Shown here: piece after piece, positions 37,533 through 47,561 of the stretch | How the letters are laid out: the number at the start of each line of letters is the position of its first letter | Numbering within the stretch: the stretch's first letter is position 1 | Origin: a virus | Lineage: Duplodnaviria; Caudoviricetes | Length of the DNA stretch: 64,000 bases | Direction: 5' to 3' (one strand) | Virus record (IMG/VR): IMGVR_UViG_3300032250_000391 | Coordinates: 32,103-96,102 of that record | The notes under the pieces: model-generated | The model's database searches: none | Seen by the model: only the letters and a program-made list of their open reading frames with translations | What the model was told of the DNA's origin: nothing | Made by a program: the position numbers and the translations under genes

Positions 37533-38099
37533 CTAAGCGGCTTTCTTCTCTTCTATAACTTTGTCTAAATGGCTTTGAAAAAAACCCATACGATGTGCCT
37601 CTTTGAAGGCTGCCATCATTACTTGCACATCGTACAATGCTCCATGCGCCTGCTCCATGTCATATTGAATTCCTAGCGCAAAGCAAAGCTCTTTAAGGCT
37701 AGAGTTTTTACCAAGCGGAGTTGCCCATCGACTGTTTTTCATGGTGCAAAAAGAATTAATCTTTGGAAACAAAGCCGATTGCTCTAGTTCGTGCTTAATA
37801 AAGGGAATATCAAAGTCCGCGTTGTGTGCTATTACAAGGTCTGACACTTCCAATACCTTTGCAATCGTTGGTGCAAATTCTGCAAATAATGGCTTGCTTG
37901 CAAGTTCTTCATACGTAATGCCGTGAATCTCTTGCGCCTTAGCCGAAATTGCTCTTTCTGGATTAAAGCGCCAAACACGCTCCGCCTTGAGCTTCATGCT
38001 TGGAAATTCCAACATGACAATAGCCAACTCAATAATCTTATGTCCGTCCGAAAATTCAAGTCCAGTCGTTTCAACGTCTAGCCCTGTAATAATCGCCAT
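37533..38099 (-). CDS. DEDDh 3'-5' exonuclease (DnaQ-like)
   Basis: LDVETTG, AHNADFD, HGALYD. Confidence 0.9.
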   Translation of the reverse strand: MAIITGLDVETTGLEFSDGHKIIELAIVMLEFPSMKLKAERVWRFNPERAISAKAQEIHGITYEELASKPLFAEFAPTIAKVLEVSDLVIAHNADFDIPFIKHELEQSALFPKINSFCTMKNSRWATPLGKNSSLKELCFALGIQYDMEQAHGALYDVQVMMAAFKEAHRMGFFQSHLDKVIEEKKAA

Positions 38100-38259
38100 T
38101 TACTTTTTCTCCACAAAAAAAGGACATTGACCATTAAGTTTTTTAATTGGAGGCGCAATAAACCACGTTACTATGCCGCTCACAGGCGCATTTGGGTCTG
38201 CAAATCGCTCACATACAGTATGTGGGCCACAGGCAAATTGACACTTGCTATTTGAAAAA

Positions 38260-38460
38260 TTATCGTTCATTTATATATGCCATTTCTATGTAATCAATAA
38301 TCTGCTTATCTACCAATCCAGCCAGACAGTCATACATCGTGCCTAACGCTATGCTGAATTCCTTATCTGTTAATTCGCCACGACCATGACGACCAAGCTG
38401 CCTCTCAAGCGTCTCAATAGCCTTGCGGTTGATTTCCTCATACAGGGTAGGTACTGACAT
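38260..38460 (-). CDS. Hypothetical protein
   Basis: GAGGA RBS; GCC-box promoter upstream. Confidence 0.55.
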   Translation of the reverse strand: MSVPTLYEEINRKAIETLERQLGRHGRGELTDKEFSIALGTMYDCLAGLVDKQIIDYIEMAYINER

Positions 38461-38546
38461 TTATATTCCTCTCTATAAATATGCATAACTTAAATCTTAT
38501 ACAGCTATTTCAGGCAAGTAAATCATGAATGACTTATCGCCTCACA

Positions 38547-39173
38547 TCAATGAAACCGCATGCCTTTATCTTTTAGATTTTCAATGTTTTCATAGTCCCT
38601 GATTAAAACTTTGTTTACCACGAACTTTAACGCCTCTACTCGCTCTTCAATTTTCGTCGTGCGTCTAGGCAAATAAAAATGCGAAGATGAATTATATTCA
38701 CCTACAAGCAATCCAAGCATAATTGTGTTTAAGTGCTCCATATACGCCGGATTTGCTGGTGCTTTTCCTTTCGCGTCGACAATTTCAATGGCTGGCTGTA
38801 TCAGCGTAAGGCACATAAACCTTTTGTTACTTTCCTCAAAACAGCGGTGAAAGTATTTAGTAAATTCCTTGCTCTGCTCTAGGGTTACATTTTCTCTTTG
38901 TATATCTGCAATCGTATAAGCCAACATATCTATCGGCGTTCTATCGGTAACAAATGTGCCCGCACACTGACTGTATTTGGCAACTGCATCATCTAGGATT
39001 GCATTTTGAATAATCATTCTTGTAGTAAAATCATAGTCAACTTTTGGGCTATAGCCTAAACGCTCAAAAACTGCCGAACTTGCCGTCTCTACGTATGGCA
39101 CTTGAGTTTCTTCAGCATAAGCTTTGGCTAATGTGGTTTTGCCAGTTCTATGGGCGCCAACTAGCCCTATCAT
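38547..39173 (-). CDS. P-loop nucleotide kinase-like protein (AAA_28 type)
   Basis: GAHRTGKTT, TDRTPIDMLAY. Confidence 0.7.
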   Translation of the reverse strand: MIGLVGAHRTGKTTLAKAYAEETQVPYVETASSAVFERLGYSPKVDYDFTTRMIIQNAILDDAVAKYSQCAGTFVTDRTPIDMLAYTIADIQRENVTLEQSKEFTKYFHRCFEESNKRFMCLTLIQPAIEIVDAKGKAPANPAYMEHLNTIMLGLLVGEYNSSSHFYLPRRTTKIEERVEALKFVVNKVLIRDYENIENLKDKGMRFH

Positions 39174-39586
39174 TGCTTGTCGGCTCTTTCCTGCGCAGCC
39201 TTATCCGAATAACCGTTCTGGTAACGCACTCCTAATTTTGCAATATTGGCTGACAAAGTTTCTTCGCGAGTGATGCCAAAGCCTTGACGTAAACCTTCCA
39301 TGTAAAATTCTATGTCACCTAATTCTTCAATCACATTTTCGCGGTCAATTGGCTTGTTATAAATAACGTGCTTTTTAATGGCATCAAGCAACTCGCCCGC
39401 TTCTCCCGCTACGCCAACCGCCATGTGCAAAGCGTGAGCTTTTTCAGGCACAAGAGTTTTGATAATTTCTTCGCCAGACTTTGCTAACGCCTTCACCATT
39501 TCATCGTGCTTAATTTCCATTTTTACTCCTTTTCTGTTTGTATTCCAGTAATGCAAAACCTTATGCGCTCTTATCATTTTGTTCAT
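39170..39586 (-). CDS. MazG-like nucleotide pyrophosphohydrolase
   Basis: GEAGELLDAIKK...EELGD...NIAKL..RY; real start probably MEIKHD. Confidence 0.85.
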   Translation of the reverse strand: MNKMIRAHKVLHYWNTNRKGVKMEIKHDEMVKALAKSGEEIIKTLVPEKAHALHMAVGVAGEAGELLDAIKKHVIYNKPIDRENVIEELGDIEFYMEGLRQGFGITREETLSANIAKLGVRYQNGYSDKAAQERADKQ

Positions 39587-40407
39587 TTAAATGACTGCTC
39601 AATTAGTTTCCTATATTGAGTCCATTGTTTGAAGTTTCCAAACAGTTCAGGGTCAGAGCCTGGCACTGCCTGATGTTCGAAGGGGCTTGCATGAATTGGT
39701 CTTGAACCAACCAATCTATCGCAAAGCTGGATTTCATCTTCAATCGTTGCCTTAGAGCCGTCATGCTTTAGGTAACTCACACGGCAACAACGTGCAGGCG
39801 AAATCTTCAATAAGTTTTCTAAGGAGTTATTGGCACGCTCTTCATCTGTCACGTAAGGCAGATGCCAGTCATTTTTGTCAGAAGAGTCCGAACCTCTTAA
39901 AACAGGCTCAGATTTGCTCATGGCATTTAGCATTTGCAAGGCTAACTCGTGAATTTCAGGCTGTGCATCCGAGTGCGCTCTAAGTTCTGTAAAGTTATCA
40001 AATTCTGTGGCAGTCATTACGACGTGAATATGTTGAAACGGCTCAAGAATACGATTGGCTACTTGCTTATGAAGCCCTAATGCGTTCATCGCCTCTGCCA
40101 CGTCAGCAGCCTTATTTGCCGCATCCAGCCATAGACTTTTAGCAGTTTCTAACTCTTCGCCAGTAAACTCTTCAGAAGCCTGCATGCCAGCTTGATTTTT
40201 ACCCCAATGAATAGGCGCCGCAGGCTCATTACGAACCATCTCTAGCATCTTCTTAACAGGAATAGCTCGCGAGGAACTAGCGTTACGACTAAAAAGCCTA
40301 TGAGTCATCATTTCGCTATGAATAAATCTTGGATAGACTAAATGTAATGTGGTAATTCTATTGCCACTCCGATTAATCGAGTCGGCTATAATTTTCGCTT
40401 GAATCAT
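39583..40407 (-). CDS. thyX: FAD-dependent thymidylate synthase
   Basis: THRLFSRNASSSRAIP, LRAHSDAQPEI, HASPFEH. Confidence 0.85.
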   Translation of the reverse strand: MIQAKIIADSINRSGNRITTLHLVYPRFIHSEMMTHRLFSRNASSSRAIPVKKMLEMVRNEPAAPIHWGKNQAGMQASEEFTGEELETAKSLWLDAANKAADVAEAMNALGLHKQVANRILEPFQHIHVVMTATEFDNFTELRAHSDAQPEIHELALQMLNAMSKSEPVLRGSDSSDKNDWHLPYVTDEERANNSLENLLKISPARCCRVSYLKHDGSKATIEDEIQLCDRLVGSRPIHASPFEHQAVPGSDPELFGNFKQWTQYRKLIEQSFK

Positions 40408-40482
40408 GTATGCCTTGATAGTATAAGTTATTAGTGACTTATTATTATATACCGTAAATCATTTAAATTGCTCGGCAATCTT

Positions 40483-40559
40483 TGGTATCCCAAGAGGGAG
40501 TCGAACCCCCAACCTACGGAGTAGAAATCCGTTGCTCTATCCAATTGAGCTATTGGGAC
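40483..40559 (-). tRNA. tRNA-Arg(UCU), phage-encoded, CCA included
   Basis: GTCCCAA acceptor, ACGGA-TTTCTAC-TCCGT anticodon arm, GGTTCGACTCC T-arm. Confidence 0.92.
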
Positions 40560-40561
40560 AT

Positions 40562-40656
40562 GTAACTTACAACAGACCGCCCTACTTAGACTAAGGAGGA
40601 GATAAGCATGATAGAACGGTCTGAGGTTTCGGCTAATAAAGCCTCGTCAGAGTTAC
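40562..40656 (-). ncRNA. Type I hammerhead ribozyme
   Basis: GUAACU-CUGACGA-GGCU(UUAUU)AGCC-GAAA-C...stem III...GUA^AGUUAC; all core nucleotides present; predicted cut between 40568 and 40567. Confidence 0.82.
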
Positions 40657-40849
40657 TGAGTTAGCGTTGTGCGCTTTGTCGATGTCTTATTATATCTAGC
40701 GTTAGCAGGGAAAAGTCAGTAAACGACAACTTGCCTTAACAAATACCTAAGAAAAATCTGTAAAATGAAAGACACACTCCAGCAATAATAAACGCGCAAG
40801 TTACCGCCTCTAGAGTGTGTTTAATTTTTAACCACTTCGACATTCGCAT

Positions 40850-41881
40850 TTACCACTCCAGCGTACCACCGACGGCGTAAGCCTTTACTTTTGATTCAAA
40901 GAAATTGGATTCTTCGCCGTTGATATTACTGAACTGTTCAACCCATGCCACTGGATTCTTCACGCCTGGATACAGAGGCGTCATTCCAATCATTGCTAGT
41001 CTTTGATTGGCTAAATGTCGAATGTAATCGTCAATAATTGCATCTGTAAGTCCTAGAACACCGCCACTGATTAAATACTTGCCCCACATCGTTTCAAGAT
41101 TAACTGCTTCCCTAAAGAGCTTGTGAGCGTCGGCATAGAACTGTTCGTCAAATATCTCAGGGTTTTCTTGTTGAAGTGTTTTAAACATATTCACAAATAC
41201 ATTTAAATGGACAACCTCGTCGCGCTGAATAAATCGAATCATATCGGCTGAACCTAACATCTTACCTGTACGTGCAAGCGTGTAAAAAGCCAAAAAGCCT
41301 GAGTAGAAGTAAATGCCTTCTAAAATGATATTAGCAATTACCGCCATGCCAAAGTTACGAGGACTAAAATCTTTGCCTAATATTGCACTCTGAGCCAAAA
41401 TGTAATCGTTTTTATTGGCAAGAATATTATCTCTAGCAAAAGTGGTATACACCTCGAATGGATTCGAGCTAATTGCTTCAATCATCGTACTATAGGCGTC
41501 AACGTGAAGGGCTTCTTCAAAAGCCTGACGTGAGATAAGCATTGATACCTCTGGCGACGTAATATGCTCGCCAATATTAAATACCAAATTGTTAAACTGA
41601 ATGCCATCAAGATTAGATAAAAAAGCCAATGCCTTATCAAACATACTGCGGTTTGAGCTTGTTAGGTTTTTATAGTCTTTAATGTCGCGTGATAAATCCA
41701 CCTCGGAAGCGAACCAAGTATTAGAAAGCATCAGTTTCCAGATGTCTCTAGTCCAAGCGTGCTTTAGCGGGCTAATTGCCATTAAATTGCTGGACGGGCC
41801 AGCTATGAGTCGCCTTTGATTCACATCGAAGGCAGATAAATCGTAATCCATTTTAATCTCCAGTTGAGAACGGGGCATCAC
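40850..41881 (-). CDS. nrdB: Ribonucleotide reductase class Ia beta subunit
   Basis: EEALH, EGIYFYSGF, RDEVVH, NFFE; probable start MDYDL. Confidence 0.92.
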   Translation of the reverse strand: MMPRSQLEIKMDYDLSAFDVNQRRLIAGPSSNLMAISPLKHAWTRDIWKLMLSNTWFASEVDLSRDIKDYKNLTSSNRSMFDKALAFLSNLDGIQFNNLVFNIGEHITSPEVSMLISRQAFEEALHVDAYSTMIEAISSNPFEVYTTFARDNILANKNDYILAQSAILGKDFSPRNFGMAVIANIILEGIYFYSGFLAFYTLARTGKMLGSADMIRFIQRDEVVHLNVFVNMFKTLQQENPEIFDEQFYADAHKLFREAVNLETMWGKYLISGGVLGLTDAIIDDYIRHLANQRLAMIGMTPLYPGVKNPVAWVEQFSNINGEESNFFESKVKAYAVGGTLEW

Positions 41882-41934
41882 TGCCCCGCCGTTTAGTTAT
41901 AATTCATTAGTGACTTACTTAATAGGACAAACTT

Positions 41935-44199
41935 TTACTGGCAACTTTCGCAATCAGGGTTATCTATGCTACAAAACTTATTTTCTGGCTCTGCTGTTTC
42001 GATAATTTCCTGTTTAATAACTTCATTCTTGCTGTCGCCTAATTCTTTACTTTGCGAACGTAGGTAGTAGGTTGTCTTTAATCCTAACTTCCATGCTTGC
42101 ATGTACATTTGAGCTAGGTCACTACCTCTAATAGAGGACTTCACAAATAGATTAGTTGATTGCGCTTGGTCAATCCATTTCTGACGAACTGCGGCAGCTC
42201 TAATCAGCCAATGTTGGTCAATCTCAAACGCTTCCTTACATAATTCAGGACGACCGTAAGATAACGATGGGTCTACCACAACAAAACTGCCAGATAAGTT
42301 TGTCTTCGTGTACTGACGTTTAAAAATAGGCTCAATGCATGGCGTCGTTCCAACAATATTGCTAATCGTTGCAGTTGGTGCGATTGCCATTACATTACTG
42401 TTACGCATACCCTGCTTTTTAATCTTCTCAGCCAAACCATTCCAATCCATCGTACTGTGTCTGTCACGCGCAGTATCAATCGGCATAATGCCTTGACTCC
42501 ATTTAGAACCCTCAAATGAAGAGTAAATGCCTTTTTCTGCCGCCAAGTCTGACGAAGCCTCGATTGCATAAAAGCTCCACGCTTCAAATAAATCATCAGC
42601 CAATTGAAGATGATGCTCTGACTCCCAATCAATACCTTCTTTAACGAGCCACTCTGTGTAACCCATTACGCCAAGTCCAATAGGGCGATGGCGAGTGTTA
42701 GACCTCTCTGCTCGTTTGGATGGATAGAAGTTAATATCAATCACGTTGTCCAACATACGAATGGCAGTGCGAACTGTTTCACGCAAATGCGCTTGGCTGG
42801 TCATTTTAATTAGATTAATTGAACCTAAATTACATACCGCAGTTTCGTCATCGGAAGTGTTTAATGTAATTTCAGTACATAGGTTAGAGTTATGAATAAC
42901 GCCAACATGCGATTGAGGATTGCGGCGATTACATTCGTCTTTAAAAGTAATCCACGGGTGCCCTGTTTCAAACAAAGAAGTAAGAATTTTTTTCCACACT
43001 TCTAATGCTGTTACTTGCTTGCGAAACTTGCCTGCCGCCTCTAGCTCTTCGTAGCGAGCCTTAAATTCATCGCCGTAAAGCTCATGTAACTCAGGATATT
43101 CGCCTGGACTAAAGAAACTCCACACGCCGTTGCTTTCTACGCGCTCTAACATTAAGTCAGGAATCCACAGTGCAGGAAAAATATCATGCGTTCTGCGTCT
43201 TTCGTCGCCACTGTTTTTCTTCAAGTCGATAAACTCGTACAAATCAGGATGCCACGGTTCCAAGTAAGCCGCGAAAGCACCATTGCGCTTACCGCCTTGA
43301 TTGACGGCAATTGCCGTATCGTTAAATACTTTTAAATAAGGGACGATACCGCTAGACTTACCATTGGTTGATTTAATATGGTCGCCCTCAGAACGCACTC
43401 GTGTCCAATCTGTACCAATGCCGCCAGCAAACTTAGATAGGTTAGCGCACTCTTGAATTGTTCCAAAGATACTTGCATAACGATTGACCTCATTAATATC
43501 GCCTTCATAGTCGATGCTATCCGCCACAGTGTTGAGATAGCATGATGAAAGTTGCGAATGGTTAGTGCCTGCATTAAATAAAGTAGGCGTAGATGACATA
43601 AATTCAAACTTGGACAGGACGTTATAGAATCTAATTGTTGCCGCAGTCCTGTTTTTCTCTTTAAGAGCCAAGCCCATTGCCACGCGCATAAACATGTGCT
43701 GAGGCAACTCAATAATCTTGCCTTTCTTGCCTACGTCACCGTCTTCTCTAACCAAGTAACGGTCAACCAATGTTTGCAAGCCAAGATATGTGAACTGTAG
43801 GTCACGATTGCTCACAACAACGGCATTTAACGATTCCAAGTCAAAGTCCAATAATTCTTTATTCACGCGACCAAGCGACACGCCTCGCTCGATATAGGAG
43901 CGCAATGTAGGATATTCAGTATTGTTGGATACTTCTTTGTAAATTGTTTGAAGCAATAGACGAGCAGCCACAAATGTGTATTGCGGTTGTTCTACGCTAA
44001 TTAGAGTTGAGGCTGACTTAATTAATGCCTGATGAATATCCGACGACCTAATGCCGTCAAATGCCATCAAGTGCGTTGCAGTTTCCAACTCAGATTGAGA
44101 TACATCCAATCCTTCGCATGCCCAATTTGCTACCTTGTGGATTTTTTCGACAGAAAAAGGCTCCACACTGCCATCACGCTTGATGACCTTAATATCCAT
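41935..44199 (-). CDS. nrdA: Ribonucleotide reductase class Ia alpha subunit with ATP cone
   Basis: VIKRDG, STPTLFNAG, SNLCTEI, VCNLGS, APTAT, KTTYY, CESC. Confidence 0.95.
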   Translation of the reverse strand: MDIKVIKRDGSVEPFSVEKIHKVANWACEGLDVSQSELETATHLMAFDGIRSSDIHQALIKSASTLISVEQPQYTFVAARLLLQTIYKEVSNNTEYPTLRSYIERGVSLGRVNKELLDFDLESLNAVVVSNRDLQFTYLGLQTLVDRYLVREDGDVGKKGKIIELPQHMFMRVAMGLALKEKNRTAATIRFYNVLSKFEFMSSTPTLFNAGTNHSQLSSCYLNTVADSIDYEGDINEVNRYASIFGTIQECANLSKFAGGIGTDWTRVRSEGDHIKSTNGKSSGIVPYLKVFNDTAIAVNQGGKRNGAFAAYLEPWHPDLYEFIDLKKNSGDERRRTHDIFPALWIPDLMLERVESNGVWSFFSPGEYPELHELYGDEFKARYEELEAAGKFRKQVTALEVWKKILTSLFETGHPWITFKDECNRRNPQSHVGVIHNSNLCTEITLNTSDDETAVCNLGSINLIKMTSQAHLRETVRTAIRMLDNVIDINFYPSKRAERSNTRHRPIGLGVMGYTEWLVKEGIDWESEHHLQLADDLFEAWSFYAIEASSDLAAEKGIYSSFEGSKWSQGIMPIDTARDRHSTMDWNGLAEKIKKQGMRNSNVMAIAPTATISNIVGTTPCIEPIFKRQYTKTNLSGSFVVVDPSLSYGRPELCKEAFEIDQHWLIRAAAVRQKWIDQAQSTNLFVKSSIRGSDLAQMYMQAWKLGLKTTYYLRSQSKELGDSKNEVIKQEIIETAEPENKFCSIDNPDCESCQ

Positions 44200-44445
44200 A
44201 ATGCTTCCTTGTTGTTGTGTTTAATTGTGTTTGATACGTAAACCTAATTATAGTTATGTCATTAATGACTTACCATATAAGCGAAATTAAAAAACTTCAC
44301 TTTTTTCGGAAGCCGATTTTGACTTCTTTGGCTTGTACTCTAGACCTTGAGGCGTTTACTCTGGACTTTATGAGTCGAAATTATTTTCTTTATTCCAAAA
44401 ATAATTTCTCTGTCATAAATTATACATTACTTGTGACTTATTTAA

Positions 44446-45006
44446 TTAGGCAACTTTCGCTGACTTTAGCATGGCTACAGCCTGCTTAAATTGTTGAGTG
44501 TTCAGTCCTGCATAGACGGCGGCGACGGCATCTGCCAGATGTTCGTTTGCAAGTATTGGCTTGCCCGCTCTAAGTAACCAGTTTGCATCAGGATGCAATG
44601 CAGTAGCCCACTCAATCATCTCTTCTTTTGCCGCCTGTTTATCACCCGTTGCGGCAATCTTCACTTCGTATGGAGTCAGCTGTATCATCGGCACCGGACA
44701 TGCGGCAAGTACACCTACGCAAATACCGTAACTTGCCATTGCTCTTGCACTTTGCGAGCCTACCGGCACCTCTACAAAGGCAAATGTTGCATCTTTGCAC
44801 TCATGTACTAAGGCGTCATGAAGTAACTGCGCTCTATTTAAGTCGTCGGAGTTCTTGCGAACGACTTTGGCTGCCTTCTTATCTGTCTCTGTTGTGGTGA
44901 GAACCAATTTAACAATTTCTACTTTGTTTGTTTCTATGTCTACCAAGGCATGTGCAAAGCCAAAATTTCTCAATGCAGGGTCAACGCCAACTATTTTTAT
45001 CTTCAT
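44446..45006 (-). CDS. RuvC-like Holliday junction resolvase
   Basis: VGVDP..RNFG, FVE, VKIAATG...KEEM, HLADA. Confidence 0.8.
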   Translation of the reverse strand: MKIKIVGVDPALRNFGFAHALVDIETNKVEIVKLVLTTTETDKKAAKVVRKNSDDLNRAQLLHDALVHECKDATFAFVEVPVGSQSARAMASYGICVGVLAACPVPMIQLTPYEVKIAATGDKQAAKEEMIEWATALHPDANWLLRAGKPILANEHLADAVAAVYAGLNTQQFKQAVAMLKSAKVA

Positions 45007-45015
45007 ACTTTTCCT

Positions 45016-45639
45016 TTACCATGAACCAAAATTTTTATCGCCCTGAGCTTCGTAACGCTCCGAGGCTTCTTTTTCTAAGACTACTGCCAACTTCTTCGCA
45101 TCGGTCAAAACTCTGTCATTATGCTCATTCATTAATCTATCGTGCCAACTGTCAAAACCCGTTAAGTATTTGCTGGCTTCAAGCTTTGAAAGCTCTGCCG
45201 TCTTGCCCTTCCATCCTTGAACATTGAAAACGAATATCGTCGATTTTCTTCCTTTATAGACTCTCTTTATCGAAAATTTCTCACCGCCAAATACTTTCTT
45301 TTTGGCAAAAGTGCCGTCATCGCCTTTCACAGTGACTGAGCCTGGTTGGTCATAAATAAAAGACTCAGTAAATTTTTCGGTATTAATAAGGCTATTTATT
45401 CTGAACAAGGCACTCTGTTCTTCGTGCTCCGATACGTCTTCTACTGCCTCGGCAGACTCTTCGTGACCACTCATGTGAGCCTTCCAAATAGCCTCTATTC
45501 CTTTTTCATCTTCTTCTGAAATAAAGTCCAAACTTGACCTTTTAACTTTGGAAGTAGGCTCAATTTTCGTGTCAATCTCCATATCGGCGATTGCATCGGC
45601 AAGTTTTAACCAATCATCATCATCTTTATCGGAACCCAT
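45016..45639 (-). CDS. Hypothetical protein
   Basis: Coupled ORF ending in FGSW. Confidence 0.6.
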   Translation of the reverse strand: MGSDKDDDDWLKLADAIADMEIDTKIEPTSKVKRSSLDFISEEDEKGIEAIWKAHMSGHEESAEAVEDVSEHEEQSALFRINSLINTEKFTESFIYDQPGSVTVKGDDGTFAKKKVFGGEKFSIKRVYKGRKSTIFVFNVQGWKGKTAELSKLEASKYLTGFDSWHDRLMNEHNDRVLTDAKKLAVVLEKEASERYEAQGDKNFGSW

Positions 45640-47561
45640 TAGCTTAACGCTCCTTCAACTTCTGAGTAGCCGTCTTTTTTGGTAATGGTCGCAACGTTAT
45701 CTATCCAATCGGTCAGTGAGTTATGACTAATGACCAAAACTGTGCCTTTTTCTTTTGCTTTGTCGTTTAAAATGCTCATTAAACGTTCTAAGCCTGCATC
45801 GTCTAAGGCGTGGTCTACCTCGTCTCCAATCCACATCTCGATTGATTTAGTCGCTCTGCTGGAAACCAAATCTTGAAGAGCTAAAGCACAGGCAAGTCTC
45901 ACCTTGCGTTTCTCGCCTCCAGACATTCCACCAAAAGAATCGGCTCCTTTGTCATTTTCGACATCTACGGAGAATTTCTCACGTATCTCGCCTTTAGCTG
46001 TTCGTGACAAGGTAGACCAAATGGCACTAATATTTCCGTCAGACAAAATGCCTAGATAATGTGCTGTGCGGTCATTCAAGAAAGGCGTTACAGTATCCAA
46101 AATATGCGCTCTAACTCCTGCTGGACTAAATACCTTAACAGTATCGCGGTATACCTCTAGACCCCTATCTAAGTCGACAATTTTGGCAACGTCTATATCC
46201 AAAGCTACTTTTGCCTCCGCTAACTTCTTCTCAAACTCTCTAACTGTATCTTCGTAAGGATTTACAGCCTTCTCTAGCTCTTCTAACTGCCTTTTAGCCT
46301 CATTAGCATCTCTTCTCGCTAAAGTTGCGCGGTCATCCTTCTTAACTGCATCAGCAATAGCTTCAGCAAGCTCATTTCCTCGCTTGATAAGCTCACCAAA
46401 TGAAATATTCGGTAACTTGTCTATCTCTGCTTTTAAAATCGCTTCCTGCTCGTCTAAAAGCGTCTTAATGGCTTTAATTTTTTCTAATTCCTCGTTACTT
46501 TTCTCTAACTTTTTATGCAAGGCGTTTACAAGCTCTTCGCCGTCATGCTCCGTGTAAGGTTTTCCACACTCTTTACACTTTTTGCCTTTACGGCTTCCGA
46601 TACTCTCGATGGACTCGTTAATCTCATTAATATCTCTTACTCTCTCGCTCTCCTTAGACTTAATAAATATTTTTTTGTATGAAAGCTCGCCAAGCTTTAA
46701 CTCTAGCTTTTTCTTCGGCTCTTCGCTCTTGCTAATTTCAGCCATGTTGTCGATATTTTCTTGGCGCTTGGTAATAAGTTCCTTCAGAATTGCTTCGTCA
46801 ATACGTTCGTCAATCGTCAGTTTTAAAGCCTTTAACTTCTCAATTAAAAGGGCTTTCTTATCTTTGATGCTATTGGCATGAGAAGAGCCCCAACTTTCAC
46901 GCTTAACTTCAAAGTCCTTTAACGTGTCATATTGGCGCGTATACATAACCAATGCTGTCTCGTGACTTGCCTTTGCCGCGTCTAATGCACTGCCTTGCTT
47001 GAGTAATTCGCCTCTAGCTAACTCGTAAGCCTGAGAGAGTCGAGTAACGCCGGCAGCCTCTTCAATCAGCAACTTCAATTGCTTGTCGGTCATTGATGGA
47101 ATATCAGGCATCTTTTCCTGACCAGCATAAATTGCGGAGATAAATACTTCGTATGAGCATCCTAAGATTTGCTCTACAACGGCTTGCGTTTCTTTATCTG
47201 TGCCTTTGGTAATGTCTCCACCGTCTGAAGCTAGGACATGTAGTGCGTTCTTGTTAAGTTCATGCTTGCGATGGCGAGATATTAAGTACCGCTTATCTCC
47301 ATCAACAATGTCCACACTTACAAGGCAATCTTTTTTAGCTTTAACGTTGACTACGGCATCGCCAGAAACGCCTCTAGCTGTTTCGCCGTAAAGTACCCAA
47401 CAAAGTGCGTCTACTATTGATGACTTGCCTGCACCATTGGACTTTGCACTAGGGTCATCAAGGTTTAAACCTTGCACCAATATCAAGCCCTTGTCAGCAA
47501 GTGACAATGAGGCTTTACCAATGGTAAGAAAGTTTTTAATCTCTAGTGTGTTGAATTTCAT
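45639..47561 (-). CDS. SbcC/Rad50-like ATPase
   Basis: NGAGKSS, CKEC zinc hook, MSGGE, GDE. Confidence 0.9.
   Translation of the reverse strand: MKFNTLEIKNFLTIGKASLSLADKGLILVQGLNLDDPSAKSNGAGKSSIVDALCWVLYGETARGVSGDAVVNVKAKKDCLVSVDIVDGDKRYLISRHRKHELNKNALHVLASDGGDITKGTDKETQAVVEQILGCSYEVFISAIYAGQEKMPDIPSMTDKQLKLLIEEAAGVTRLSQAYELARGELLKQGSALDAAKASHETALVMYTRQYDTLKDFEVKRESWGSSHANSIKDKKALLIEKLKALKLTIDERIDEAILKELITKRQENIDNMAEISKSEEPKKKLELKLGELSYKKIFIKSKESERVRDINEINESIESIGSRKGKKCKECGKPYTEHDGEELVNALHKKLEKSNEELEKIKAIKTLLDEQEAILKAEIDKLPNISFGELIKRGNELAEAIADAVKKDDRATLARRDANEAKRQLEELEKAVNPYEDTVREFEKKLAEAKVALDIDVAKIVDLDRGLEVYRDTVKVFSPAGVRAHILDTVTPFLNDRTAHYLGILSDGNISAIWSTLSRTAKGEIREKFSVDVENDKGADSFGGMSGGEKRKVRLACALALQDLVSSRATKSIEMWIGDEVDHALDDAGLERLMSILNDKAKEKGTVLVISHNSLTDWIDNVATITKKDGYSEVEGALS

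Noticed and set aside
40608-40664. 18-aa plus-strand peptide with a strong SD
   Set aside because: Not called as a CDS: it is antisense to the hammerhead, which explains the sequence; kept only as an alternative
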